Shown: positions 7,665 to 18,430 of the stretch, piece by piece
Layout: each line of letters begins with the position of its first letter
How positions within the stretch are numbered: position 1 is the stretch's first letter
NCBI GenBank assembly: GCA_937927565.1
Contig: CALBDV010000877.1
Span: forward strand, 1 to 52,971
Direction: 5' to 3'
Length of the DNA: 52,971 bases
From: an uncultured Holophagales bacterium
GTDB taxonomy: Bacteria > Acidobacteriota > Thermoanaerobaculia > UBA5066
Made by a program: the position numbers and the translations under genes
Notes under the pieces: generated by a model
What the model was told of the DNA's origin: nothing
Database searches by the model: none
Seen by the model: only the letters and a program-made list of their open reading frames with translations

Positions 7665-10048
7665 GCCCGGCGGTTCGCCAGGACGCGCCGCACGTAGGTG
7701 CGTGTCTCGGCGTAGCTGATCGCCGCCAGGAGCGCCTCGGCCGGCCGGTCGCTCCCGCCGCTCCAGAGGACGGTCTGGCCGGCGCCGGCGTTGTAGCCCG
7801 AGGCGGCGAGAGCGGCGTCGTCGCCGAAGCGGTCGAGGAGCGAACGCAACGTCCGCGCGCCGAGGCGAATCGAGCGCGCCGGGTCGTAGAGCTCGGCATA
7901 GGCAGGGGGCTCCTCGTTCAGCTCGCGTGCCGCCTCGCCCGCGGCGGGGAGGGTGAGCTGCATGAGGCCGCGCGCGGCCGCCGGAGAAGCCGCCTCGCGG
8001 TCGAACCGGCTCTCCTGGCGCATGACGGCGTAGAGGAGGTCCCTCGGGACGCCCAGCTCGGCCGCCGTCTGGGCGACGAGCCGGTCGAAGGGGCGGGGGG
8101 CGAGGCCGCGGCGGACGGTGCGCGGTGCGAGGTCGAGGAGGAAATCGCGCGGGACTTTCCGGGAGAGGGCGTCGGCGGCCTCGAGCGCCGCGGGGCCCGC
8201 ATCGGCGTCCTCGGCGAGGCGCGCGGCGACGAGGCAGCCAAGGAGGGTGTCGAGCCTGCGCGCGTCGCGGACGATCGGCTCGGCGTCCTGGGCGAGGCCG
8301 AGCTGGAGGAGCCGGCAGGCGGCGGCATCGCCGCAGAGGTCGGGGAGAGTCTCGTCGGGGAGTTCGGGGGCGAGGAGGATCTCCGCGTAGCCCGGAAGGC
8401 GCGAGTAGGCGACCCTGAGGGAGTCGAGGCCGGCGGCATCGCCGAGAAGGGCTGCGGGCAGGAGGCGCACCCGGGCCGCGCGGGGATCTCCCGACGAGAG
8501 GAGCTTCTCGCCCTCGGTGCGCGACGCACTTACGAACTTTGCTCGAACGGCGGCGGGGAGGGTGGCGATGCGGGCGGCGGCCTGCTCGGCGGCGAAAGAG
8601 CCCGGGACCGAGGCGAGGACCGACGCCCAGCTGGCGAGCGCGGCCTCGGGGAGCCGCCGCGTGTGCGCGACGAGGCCCCTCCAGAAGGCGATCTCCGAAG
8701 CCCAGGGCTCCTCGAGGCGGCGCGCCTTCGCGAGCGCCTCGACCGGCGCCAGCGCCCGGGCGGCCCCCGCGCCGTCGCCCGCCTGCGCACGCCGCTCGAC
8801 GAGGAGGAGGAGCGCCTCGATACGTCCGGCCTCTGCCGCGATCTTCGGCCGGAGGAGGAGCTCCTCGGCGCGGTCGAGCTGGCCGCGCCGGATCTCGAGG
8901 CGCGCCCGCTGCAGGACGGCGAGCCCGGCGGGACCGGCCTTGCCGTCCTCGACCCGGCGGAACTCGGCGACGGCGCCGTCGAGATCGCCGAGCTTCTCCT
9001 TCATCGCGCCGAGGTTGAAGCGGACGCGGCCGGCGAAGGAAGCCGTCCCGTAGCCGTCGTCCTTCTTGTCGCGCGGGGCGCGGAACGTCTTCGGCATCGC
9101 GGCGAGGAGCGTCTCGTGCCCCTTCGCGGCCTCGGCGAAGCGGCCGCGGGAACCGCGCAGTCGGGCGAGCTCGAAGCGGGCCGTCGCGGTCTCGGCGGCG
9201 TCGCGACCGGCGAGGGCGCGCCGCTCGCGCTCGGCGGCCAGACGCTCGGCGAGCTCGAGGTCGCGCTGGGAGCGTGCCGTGTCGACGAGGAGACGCAGGA
9301 CGGCGTCGGGCAGGTCCTTCGGCTCCCTTCCCCTGAGCTCCCGGGCGAGGAGCGTCGCCGCGGCGTCGTCGCGCCGCCCTTCGGCCAGGAGGGAGAGTCG
9401 CAGCGCCGTGGCCTCCGCGGCGGCCCCTTCGCGTTCGAGCGCTTCGGCCCGGAGCGCCTGGAGACGGCGCCGCTCGCGGGCCGGCGTCTGCGGCTGCGCG
9501 GCGACGAGTCGCGAGAGGGCGACCGGATCGAAGCGGGTCTCGAGGGCGTCCAGGGCGGTGCGCAGGGCGCGGCGCGCGACGGCGCCCTCCTTCCTCTGGA
9601 GGAGCGGGTAGAGGAGCTCGAGGGCGCCGAGGCCGTCTCCCTTCTGGAAGCGGAAGCGGGCAGCGGCGAGGCGGGCCGGGACGTCGAAGATGTCTCCCGT
9701 CGCGACGTAGCGCTCGAACCGCACGAGGGCCTCGTCGATCCGGCCGAGCCCGGCCAGGGCGCGCGCCGCGAGGAAGTCGAAGCGGCCGTCGGCGTAGCGG
9801 GCGGGTGCGAGGCGGTAGAGCGGACCGAGATGGGCGAGGACGTCGGGCCAGTCCTCGGCGCGGGCCGCCTCGGCAGCTTCGCGTTCGAGGGCGCGGAGCG
9901 CCTCGGTCGTGATGATCGGCGCGGGGGCTGGCGCGGACACCGGAGTGGAGGTGGTTCGGGCGACGGGCGCCGACGTCTGCGCGGCCGCCGGCGCGAGGGC
10001 GAGGAGCGCACCGACGGCGAGCGCCGCATGCGAAACCCCGCGCCGCAT
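7616..10048 (-). CDS. slt: soluble lytic murein transglycosylase (Slt70-like)
   Basis: Track ORF 7616..10384 trimmed to ATG 10048 (MRRGVSHAALAVGALLALAPAAAQ, signal peptide). Long Ala/Leu/Arg helical-repeat region. C-terminal SLT domain motifs: MRQESRFD, GLMQL, SGYNAG. Confidence 0.85.
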   Translation of the reverse strand: MRRGVSHAALAVGALLALAPAAAQTSAPVARTTSTPVSAPAPAPIITTEALRALEREAAEAARAEDWPDVLAHLGPLYRLAPARYADGRFDFLAARALAGLGRIDEALVRFERYVATGDIFDVPARLAAARFRFQKGDGLGALELLYPLLQRKEGAVARRALRTALDALETRFDPVALSRLVAAQPQTPARERRRLQALRAEALEREGAAAEATALRLSLLAEGRRDDAAATLLARELRGREPKDLPDAVLRLLVDTARSQRDLELAERLAAERERRALAGRDAAETATARFELARLRGSRGRFAEAAKGHETLLAAMPKTFRAPRDKKDDGYGTASFAGRVRFNLGAMKEKLGDLDGAVAEFRRVEDGKAGPAGLAVLQRARLEIRRGQLDRAEELLLRPKIAAEAGRIEALLLLVERRAQAGDGAGAARALAPVEALAKARRLEEPWASEIAFWRGLVAHTRRLPEAALASWASVLASVPGSFAAEQAAARIATLPAAVRAKFVSASRTEGEKLLSSGDPRAARVRLLPAALLGDAAGLDSLRVAYSRLPGYAEILLAPELPDETLPDLCGDAAACRLLQLGLAQDAEPIVRDARRLDTLLGCLVAARLAEDADAGPAALEAADALSRKVPRDFLLDLAPRTVRRGLAPRPFDRLVAQTAAELGVPRDLLYAVMRQESRFDREAASPAAARGLMQLTLPAAGEAARELNEEPPAYAELYDPARSIRLGARTLRSLLDRFGDDAALAASGYNAGAGQTVLWSGGSDRPAEALLAAISYAETRTYVRRVLANRRAYRLALPADESIGGRR

Positions 10049-10053
10049 GCCAC

Positions 10054-11337
<1,284 letters not shown>

Positions 11338-11392
11338 AGCGGGCGGAGTTTAGTACGGGGTCGGCGAGGGGACGGGGCCCGTCGATGCCCTG

Positions 11393-12256
11393 CTATCGCC
11401 GCCGGGCGACGACCGTGCGCGGGATCCCGGCCGGGTCGAGGCGGACGTCCTCGAGCGAGAAGGAGGGCGACGCCTCGACGAGTCCGCTCACCTCGCTGGC
11501 CTGCCCGTAACCGATCTCGAAGAGGAACGGCGCTCCGGGCTGGAGCCTCCCGGGAAGCTCCCGGAGGAGGACGCGGACGGCGTCGAGGCCGTCGTCGCCG
11601 CCGAAGAGGGCGAGATGCGGCTCGTGGTCGGAGACGGTCCTGTCGATGTGCGGCGCGTCGAGGCGCGGGACGTAGGGGGGGTTCGCGACGGCGAGGTCGA
11701 AGAGCGGGTGCAGCGCCAGGCCCGAGAGCCAGTCGGATGCGACGAAATGGACGCGCCCGGACACGCCGTGAAGGCGGGCGTTCGTCCGCGCGAGCGCGAG
11801 CGCGGCCTCGGAGCGGTCGACGGCGACGACGCGCGCTTCGGACCTCTCGAGGGCGAGAGAGACGGCGAGGATGCCGCTCCCGGTCCCGGCGTCGAGGATC
11901 GCGTGGGCCGCGGGCGCGGCGGCGCGGGCCATCTCGACGATCGCCTCGGTCTCGCCGCGGGGAATGAGGGCGCGAGGGTCGACGCGGAACGTGCGCCCCA
12001 GGAACTCCCACTCGCCGAGGAGGTACTGGAGCGGCTCGCCCGAGGCGCGGCGCGAGGCAAGGGCGAGGAAGCGCGAGGCCTCACTCGCGTCCGCCTCCTC
12101 GCGGCGCCGGGCGTGGAACCAGGCCCGGGGCCGCCCCGCCGCGAAGGCGAGGAGCTCCTCGGCCTCGTAAGGCGCGAAGGCGGGAGAAGAAAGAAGAGAA
12201 CGCCCTTCGGCGAGGAGGTCGGCCCAGGTCGGCACGTGCGGATCTTGCCATCGCAT
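11393..12256 (-). CDS. prmC: release-factor glutamine N5-methyltransferase
   Basis: 287 aa. SAM motif ILDAGTGSGILA, catalytic NPPYV, and PLQYLLGEWEF typical of PrmC/HemK. Confidence 0.9.
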   Translation of the reverse strand: MRWQDPHVPTWADLLAEGRSLLSSPAFAPYEAEELLAFAAGRPRAWFHARRREEADASEASRFLALASRRASGEPLQYLLGEWEFLGRTFRVDPRALIPRGETEAIVEMARAAAPAAHAILDAGTGSGILAVSLALERSEARVVAVDRSEAALALARTNARLHGVSGRVHFVASDWLSGLALHPLFDLAVANPPYVPRLDAPHIDRTVSDHEPHLALFGGDDGLDAVRVLLRELPGRLQPGAPFLFEIGYGQASEVSGLVEASPSFSLEDVRLDPAGIPRTVVARRR

Positions 12257-12267
12257 AAGCTCAGGGC

Positions 12268-13683
12268 ATGTCGCAGAAGCGCGCGTCGCTCCTCCTCGCC
12301 GCCGCTCTCGCCCTTCTCGGCGCTGGCGGGGCCGCCGGGGCGGGGGCGCTGCCCCCCGCCGTCGAGAGGCTCCGCGCCTACCTGCGTCTCGACACGTCGA
12401 ACCCGCCGGGGAACGAGATCCGCGGAGCGCTCTACCTGAAGCAGCTCCTCGCGAAGGAGGGGGTCGAGGCGGAGATCTTCGAGCCCGAGCCGGGACGGGC
12501 GAACCTGTACGCGAGGTTGCGCGGGACGGGCCGCGAGCAGGGGCTCCTCCTTCACCACCACATCGACGTCGTGCCGGCGAGCGCCGCCGGCTGGGAGCGC
12601 CCGCCGTTCGCGGCCGCCCTGTTCAACGACAATCTCCTCTACGGCCGCGGCGTCCTCGACACGAAGGGGCTCGGCATCGCCCAGCTCGAGGCGTTCCTCG
12701 CGCTGAAGCGCTCGGGGAGGTCCCTCTCGCGGGATGTCGTCTTCCTGGCGACGGCGGACGAGGAGCGGGGTGGCCGGCTCGGCGTCGCCGCGGTGTTCGA
12801 GAAGAGGCCCGGCTGGGTCGCCGGCGTCGGGGAGGTCCTCGGCGAAGGGGGGGACGTCGAGACGATCGTCGACAGGGCGCGCTGGTTCGGCATCGAGGTT
12901 CAGCAGAAGGGGGCGCTCTGGCTGCGGCTCGAGGCGGGCGGAGCCGGCGGGCACGCGGCAGCGGCGGACGAGTCGGGACCGGCCGTGCGCGTGGCGCGGG
13001 CCGTCGCGCGCATCGCTGCGATGCCCCGGCCGGTGCGCCTCGAGCCGGTCCTCGAGAGGCAGCTCGTCGCGCTTTCGCGTGTTCGTCCGCCCGACCAGGC
13101 CGCCTCGCTCCGCCGGATCGCCGCGGACGTGGCGCGCGATCCCGAAGGGGTTCTCCGGCAGGTCACACCGTGGCAGAAGCTCCTCCTCTCGGACACCGTG
13201 GCGGTGACGCGACTCGGCACGGACAGCGAGGCGGTGAACGCCCATCCGAGGGTCGCCTGGGCCGAGGTGGACGTGCGCCTGCTGCCCTCGACGAGCCCGG
13301 AGGCGTTCCTCGCCGACGCGGTGAAGGCGATCGACGATCCGGGCGTGAAGGTGACGACCCTTCTCTCGGCGAAGGGCGAGCCCGCCTCGCCCGAGAAGGG
13401 GCTCTACACGGTGCTGCGCCGGGTCCTGTCGAGCCGCTTTCCGGGCGCCGTCGTCGCTCCCGTCCTCGGGCCGGGGCTCTCGGAGAACCGGGTCTTCCGC
13501 TCCCGCGGGATCCCGGCGTACGGGGCGCTCCCGTTTCGCGTGAACTACTACGACGCCGCGGGGATCCACGGCGTGAACGAGAGGATGCGCGCCGACTGGT
13601 TCGCCGAGGGGGTCGAGACGGTGACGCGGATCGTCCGCGAGGCGGCCACCGCAAACGCCGCGACGAGCCCTCCGCAACGCTGA
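12268..13683 (+). CDS. secreted M20-family metallopeptidase
   Basis: 471 aa with a signal peptide (LLLAAALALLGAGGAAGAGA). Metal-ligand motifs: HHHIDVVP, GRGVLDTKG, ATADEERGG. Confidence 0.85.
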   Translation: MSQKRASLLLAAALALLGAGGAAGAGALPPAVERLRAYLRLDTSNPPGNEIRGALYLKQLLAKEGVEAEIFEPEPGRANLYARLRGTGREQGLLLHHHIDVVPASAAGWERPPFAAALFNDNLLYGRGVLDTKGLGIAQLEAFLALKRSGRSLSRDVVFLATADEERGGRLGVAAVFEKRPGWVAGVGEVLGEGGDVETIVDRARWFGIEVQQKGALWLRLEAGGAGGHAAAADESGPAVRVARAVARIAAMPRPVRLEPVLERQLVALSRVRPPDQAASLRRIAADVARDPEGVLRQVTPWQKLLLSDTVAVTRLGTDSEAVNAHPRVAWAEVDVRLLPSTSPEAFLADAVKAIDDPGVKVTTLLSAKGEPASPEKGLYTVLRRVLSSRFPGAVVAPVLGPGLSENRVFRSRGIPAYGALPFRVNYYDAAGIHGVNERMRADWFAEGVETVTRIVREAATANAATSPPQR

Positions 13684-13729
13684 ACGCACCCGCTCCGCCG
13701 GGGCCCGGGAATCCCCCGGGTCGCCGGCG

Positions 13730-14149
13730 TCAGAAGCTCATGCGGTAGAGCATCAGGTAGATGACGACGCCGGTGACGGAGACGTAGAGCCAGACGGGAA
13801 GGGTGACCCGTGCGAGGCGTCGATGGCTTTCGAACCGCTCCCTGCGCGCGAGGACGATCGTGGCGACGGCCAGGAACGGGACGGCGGCGGCGAGGACGGT
13901 GTGCGTCAGGAGAATCGAAAGGTAGACGGTCCTGACGGTGCCCGTCCCCTGGAAACGGACGCTCCCGACCTCGGCGTGGTAGACGAGGTAGGAGACGAGG
14001 AAGAGGATCGAGCAGGCGAAGGCCGAGGTCATCACGCGCCGGTGGGCCTCGCGCTTCCCCGAGCGGATCAGGACGAAGCCCGTGACGAGGAGCGTCGCGG
14101 CCGTGCCGTTCAGGAAGGCGTTGACGGTCGGAAGGTCGGCGAAGCTCAC
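13730..14149 (-). CDS. DUF420 membrane protein (CtaM-like cytochrome oxidase assembly factor)
   Basis: C-terminal 139 aa of track ORF 13730..14551, starting at GTG 14149 (VSFADLPTVNAFLNGTAATLL..). Four TM segments. HRRLARVTLPVWLYVSVTGVVIYLML is the characteristic DUF420 C-terminus. GTGA overlap with the SCO stop. Confidence 0.85.
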   Translation of the reverse strand: MSFADLPTVNAFLNGTAATLLVTGFVLIRSGKREAHRRVMTSAFACSILFLVSYLVYHAEVGSVRFQGTGTVRTVYLSILLTHTVLAAAVPFLAVATIVLARRERFESHRRLARVTLPVWLYVSVTGVVIYLMLYRMSF

Positions 14150-14790
14150 CGCGGCTCTTTCAGTGCTGCCGCGAGGGCCCGGGCGTCCTTCTCGAGCTCG
14201 TCGACCGGGGGCTGTTCCATGCCGTCGTAGTAGCCGCGGATCGTCCCCTCGCCGTCGACGAGGACGAAGCGCGTGGAGTGGAGGATCGGCTCGACGCTGT
14301 CGGCGACGCCGTCCTCGATGGCGAGCTTGAAACCGTCCTTGATGAGGGCGCGGATCACCGGCCGGTCGCCGTGGAGAAAGGTCCAGCGCGCGGGGTCGGC
14401 GCCGAGCTTGCGCCCGTACTCGGCGAGGATCTCGGGAGTGTCGTACTCGGGGTCCACGCCGAAGGAGACGAAGCGGATTCCAGGGACCGTGGCCGTCCGC
14501 TCGGCGAGCGCGGCCATTCGCGCGGAGAGGATCGGGCAGCTGCCGCCGCACCGCGTGAAGATGAAGTCGGCGATCCAGACCCTGCCCGCGAGGTCGGCGC
14601 GCGTCACCGTCCTGCCCTGCTCGGAGACGAGAGTGAACTCGGGCGCCGCGCCGAGGCGGGGAAGGTCGGGGCCGCCCGAGGGGCGGCTCATCACGAGCCA
14701 GAGGCCCACCGCGACGACGGCGAGGAGGACGACGACGAGGGCGGTTGCGAGGAGGGGGGGGACGCGCGAGGAGGGGGCTGCGGACGTCAA
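14146..14790 (-). CDS. SCO1/SenC-family copper chaperone (thioredoxin fold)
   Basis: Track ORF 14146..15054 trimmed. It has a TM anchor (LLATALVVVLLAVVAVGLWL), a CxxxC motif (FTRCGGSCP) and a conserved His (PILHSTRFVLVD). The start is uncertain: TTG 14790 (TTGA overlap with the upstream stop) is my best guess. Confidence 0.75.
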   Translation of the reverse strand: MTSAAPSSRVPPLLATALVVVLLAVVAVGLWLVMSRPSGGPDLPRLGAAPEFTLVSEQGRTVTRADLAGRVWIADFIFTRCGGSCPILSARMAALAERTATVPGIRFVSFGVDPEYDTPEILAEYGRKLGADPARWTFLHGDRPVIRALIKDGFKLAIEDGVADSVEPILHSTRFVLVDGEGTIRGYYDGMEQPPVDELEKDARALAAALKEPR

Positions 14791-15584
14791 GGCTTCTTCC
14801 TCCGGGAGCGGAACGCGGCGCGGTCGGGACCGGCAGGATACCGGTTGATGACGGCGGCGGCGACGAGGACGGCGCCGAGGGCGAATGCGAACGTGACGGC
14901 GACGGAGAGGCCGGACGACGGGAGGCCGGAGGCCGCGGCGTCGAGGGCGTGGCGGAGGGCGGCGACGCCGTAGGTGAGGGGATTGACGGCCATCGCGGCC
15001 CGCAGCCACGCGGGGGCTCCCTCGGAGGGGAAGAACGAGCCCGACAGGAACCACATCGGTATCAGGAAGAGATTCATGATGGCGTGGAAGCCCTGCGTCG
15101 ACTCGAGCATCCAGGCGATGGCGAGGCCGAGGCCCGTGAGCGCGAGCGCCACGAACGCGAGGACGAGAAGGGCCGGAACGAGCGCCGCCATCGACGGCGT
15201 GTATCCGAGGACGGGCGCGAGGAGGAGGAGTGCCCCTCCCTGCGCGAGGGCGAGGAGCGTGCCTCCGGCGATCTTCCCGGCCGCGACGGCCAGCGGGGAG
15301 ACCGGCGAGACGACGACGGCCTGGAGGAACCCCTCGCGCCGGTCCTCGATGACGGAGATCGTCGAGAAGATCGCCGCGAAGAGGACGACGAGGACGACGG
15401 TACCGGGGAAGAAGTACGCCACGTAGCTCGCGCCGCCCCCGCCCGGGACGCGGAACGAGGAGCCGAACCCGGCGCCGAGGAGGAGCCAGGCCAGGAGCGG
15501 CGGCGCGAAGGCCCCGACGATGCGGCTTGGCTGCCTCAGAAAGCGGACGATCTCGCGCCAGGCCAGCGCCCGGGCGGCCCTCAC
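14787..15584 (-). CDS. ABC-2 type transporter permease
   Basis: 265 aa with six hydrophobic segments. N-terminal ALAWREIVRFLRQPSRIVG is typical of ABC-2 permeases. GTG start overlaps the ATPase stop (GTGA). Confidence 0.85.
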   Translation of the reverse strand: MRAARALAWREIVRFLRQPSRIVGAFAPPLLAWLLLGAGFGSSFRVPGGGGASYVAYFFPGTVVLVVLFAAIFSTISVIEDRREGFLQAVVVSPVSPLAVAAGKIAGGTLLALAQGGALLLLAPVLGYTPSMAALVPALLVLAFVALALTGLGLAIAWMLESTQGFHAIMNLFLIPMWFLSGSFFPSEGAPAWLRAAMAVNPLTYGVAALRHALDAAASGLPSSGLSVAVTFAFALGAVLVAAAVINRYPAGPDRAAFRSRRKKP

Positions 15585-16561
15585 GCGGCTCTCCCGCCGA
15601 CGGCCCCGGCTTCCTCGAAGGGGTGGCCGGTCCGGTCGACGAAGACGTCCTCGAGGGATGGGGCGCCGAGAGTGAGAGAGCGGAAACGTCCGGGGAAGGC
15701 GGCCGCCAGGACGGGGACGAGAGCGGGGCCGTCGGGGCGTTCGACGCGCACCGTCGCGCCGACGGCGCCGACGCGGCCGGCCTTCGGGACGAAGCTCGAA
15801 CCGAGCGAAGCGGCGACGTCGGTCGCGAGAGCCGCGGCCTCCTCGTCCGAGTCGGTCGCGAGGACGAGGACGTCGCCCCCGACCTCGCGCTTCAGGTCGA
15901 CGGGCGAGCCGAGCGCGACGAGGCGGCCGCGGTCGAGGATGCCGATGCGTCCCGCCTCCTCGGCCTCGTCGAAGAGGTGCGTCGTGAGGAGGACGGTGGT
16001 GCCGCCGCGCGCGAGCTCGGCGAGGAGCGCGCGCAGGCTCCTTCTCGCGATCGGGTCGAGGCCTGTGGACGGCTCGTCGAGAAGGAGGACCTTCGGGGCG
16101 CCGAGGAGCGCCTTGGCGATCTCGACACGGCGCGCGAGGCCGCCGGAGAGGGTCTCGACGAGGTCGCGCGCGCGGTCGTCGACGCCCATCCGCGCCAGGA
16201 GCTCGCCGGCACGCGCGCCGAGGGCCCGACCGCCGAGGCCGAGGATCGCCCCGTGAACGTGGAGGTTCTCGCGGACGGTCAGCTTGCGGTCGAGGCTCGG
16301 CGACTGGAAGACGACGCCGAGCCGCCGCCGCAGCTCGCGCAGGGAGCCGTCGGGCGCGAGGCCGTCGACGCGGAACGTCCCCTCCGACGGCGGGATCAGC
16401 GTCGCGAGGAGCTTGAAGAGCGTCGTCTTCCCGCCGCCGTTCGGTCCGAGGAGGGCGAAAAGCTCGCCCGGCGCGACGTCGAAGGAGACGCGGTCGAGGG
16501 CGAGGCGGTCGCCGTACGTTCGGCTCAGCCCCTCGATCGAGACGAGGGGAGGGGCGCTCAT
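15581..16561 (-). CDS. ABC transporter ATP-binding protein
   Basis: 326 aa. Walker A GPNGGGKTT, signature LSGGLARR, Walker B VLLLDEPSTGLD. ATG overlaps the ctaB stop (ATGA). Confidence 0.9.
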   Translation of the reverse strand: MSAPPLVSIEGLSRTYGDRLALDRVSFDVAPGELFALLGPNGGGKTTLFKLLATLIPPSEGTFRVDGLAPDGSLRELRRRLGVVFQSPSLDRKLTVRENLHVHGAILGLGGRALGARAGELLARMGVDDRARDLVETLSGGLARRVEIAKALLGAPKVLLLDEPSTGLDPIARRSLRALLAELARGGTTVLLTTHLFDEAEEAGRIGILDRGRLVALGSPVDLKREVGGDVLVLATDSDEEAAALATDVAASLGSSFVPKAGRVGAVGATVRVERPDGPALVPVLAAAFPGRFRSLTLGAPSLEDVFVDRTGHPFEEAGAVGGRAA

Positions 16562-17433
16562 CCGCCCGCGACGCGGTCGGCGAGGAGGAGGACGACGATC
16601 GCCGGGAGCCAGGCGATGGAGGCGAGGAACATCGACTTCGCGGCGCCGTCGGTCGTCTCGCGGAAGAAGCGGACGGCGGTGCCCGCGAACCAGGCCGAGA
16701 GGAGGAGGGCGCCGGCGGCGTAGACGAGGCCCGCGGTGCCGAGGAGCGTCGGCAGGACGCTGACCGGGACGAGCAGCAGGCCGAACGCGAGGGCGTGGCG
16801 CGCGGAGCTGCGCCCGGAGGGGTCGACGGTCGAGAGGATCCGGAAACCGGCAGCGCCGTAGTCCGCGCGGTGCCTCCAGCCGATGGCGTAGAAGTGCGGC
16901 ATCTGCCAGAGGAAGAGGATCGCGAACAGGGCCAGGCCCGGCGCGCCGATCGCTCCCGCGGCGGCCGTGTAGCCGCCGAGCGGCGGCAGGGCGCCGGGGA
17001 TCGCGCCGACGATCGTCGAGAGGGGCGAGCGGGTCTTCATCGGCGTGTAGACGAAGACGTAGCTCGTCAGCGTGAGCGCCGCGAGGAACGCGGTGATGCC
17101 GTTGGCGAAATACCAGAGCTCGCCGACGCCGAGGACGGAGAGGACCGTGGCGAAGGCGACCGCCTCGGCGAGCGGGAGGCGGCCCGCCGGGAGGGGGCGC
17201 GTCGCAGTGCGCGCCATGCGCCGGTCGAGGTCGACCTCGGCGATCTCGTTGAAGGCGCTCGTGCCCGAGGCGACGAGGGCCGTGCCGAGGAGCGTGTGGA
17301 GGAGCAGCCCCATGTCGAGGCCCGCGAGCGGCCCGTCCGTCCCCGCGGCGAAGCCGAGGAAGGCGGTGAGGACGACGAAGACCGTGATGCGCGGCTTCGT
17401 CAGCTCGAGGAGGTCCGACAGGTGCTGCTTCAT
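16558..17433 (-). CDS. ctaB: protoheme IX farnesyltransferase (heme O synthase)
   Basis: 291 aa UbiA-family membrane protein. Motifs: LLELTKPRIT and the Asp-rich NEIAEVDLDRRM. Confidence 0.9.
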   Translation of the reverse strand: MKQHLSDLLELTKPRITVFVVLTAFLGFAAGTDGPLAGLDMGLLLHTLLGTALVASGTSAFNEIAEVDLDRRMARTATRPLPAGRLPLAEAVAFATVLSVLGVGELWYFANGITAFLAALTLTSYVFVYTPMKTRSPLSTIVGAIPGALPPLGGYTAAAGAIGAPGLALFAILFLWQMPHFYAIGWRHRADYGAAGFRILSTVDPSGRSSARHALAFGLLLVPVSVLPTLLGTAGLVYAAGALLLSAWFAGTAVRFFRETTDGAAKSMFLASIAWLPAIVVLLLADRVAGG

Positions 17434-18410
17434 GCGGCCGCCGGAGCCGCGTCGCCCGCGGGAGCGACGGCCGTCGCCGGGGCGGTGAAGAGAGCCTTGA
17501 TGCGCGCGAGGAGGACTGCGGCGAGGACGCCCGTGATCCAGAGGAGTCCGCCGACGGCGAGGTGGGCGGAGGTGATCGCCACGGCCTTCGCGGTCCAGAC
17601 CGACGTCGCGCCGAGCGTCACCTGCGCGGCGAGGAGGACGAGCCAGAGAGAGGAGAGCATTCCGAAGGCGGGAATGCCGCGCAGCTTCCGTAGCGCGAGC
17701 GCCGCGGCGACGACGAGGGCGACGACGACCCAGGCGAACGTCCGGTGGGCGAAGTGGGCGAGGACGCCGCTCGCGGCCCAGTCGGACCCGGTCGGGACGA
17801 TCTTGCCGAAGGAGAGGGGCCAGTCGGGGATGGAGAGCCCGGCGCCCGTGTGGCGGACGATGGCGCCGAGGAGGATCTGTACGTAGCTCGCCCCGGCGGC
17901 CAGGAGCGCGAGGCGGTACGCCTTCGAGAGCACGACGGGGTCCGGGGCGGCGCGCGGCGCCTGCTCGGAGAAGCGGCTCCAGGTACGCGACGTTCGGAGC
18001 GCGATCGTCGCGGTGAGGGCGAAGACGATCTGCGCGAGCCCCGCGTGCGCGGAGGAGACGGCCGGCGGAAGGAGGAAGAGGACGGTGATCCCTCCGAGGA
18101 CCGCCTGTCCGAGGATCGCGCCGAAAGCGGCGAGGCCGAGCCGAAACGTGGTCCTGTCGGTCCGGCCGAAGCCGAGGACGAGGATCTGGAGGCCGACCAT
18201 CGTCGCGACGGTCGCCGCGATCAGCCGGTGGCCGTGCTCGTAGAGGATCCCTCCCACCATCGGCGGCATCAGCTTGCCGTAGGAGAGCGGCCAGTCGGGA
18301 ACGGCGAGGCCGGAGCCCGTCGACGTGACGAGCGCCCCCGCGACGAGGAGCAGGAAGACCGAGACGGCGACGGTGCGCGTGGAGACGCGAACGAACCTTC
18401 CTGGTTTCAT
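17430..18410 (-). CDS. ctaA: heme A synthase (COX15/CtaA)
   Basis: Track ORF 17430..18875 trimmed to ATG 18410 (MKPGRFVRVSTRTVAVSVFLLL). Eight TM segments. Paired His motifs (EHGHRLIA and HFAHRTFA) and a repeated PDWPLS motif. Confidence 0.85.
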   Translation of the reverse strand: MKPGRFVRVSTRTVAVSVFLLLVAGALVTSTGSGLAVPDWPLSYGKLMPPMVGGILYEHGHRLIAATVATMVGLQILVLGFGRTDRTTFRLGLAAFGAILGQAVLGGITVLFLLPPAVSSAHAGLAQIVFALTATIALRTSRTWSRFSEQAPRAAPDPVVLSKAYRLALLAAGASYVQILLGAIVRHTGAGLSIPDWPLSFGKIVPTGSDWAASGVLAHFAHRTFAWVVVALVVAAALALRKLRGIPAFGMLSSLWLVLLAAQVTLGATSVWTAKAVAITSAHLAVGGLLWITGVLAAVLLARIKALFTAPATAVAPAGDAAPAAA

Positions 18411-18430
18411 CGCTCTATCGTCCTCGGGCC

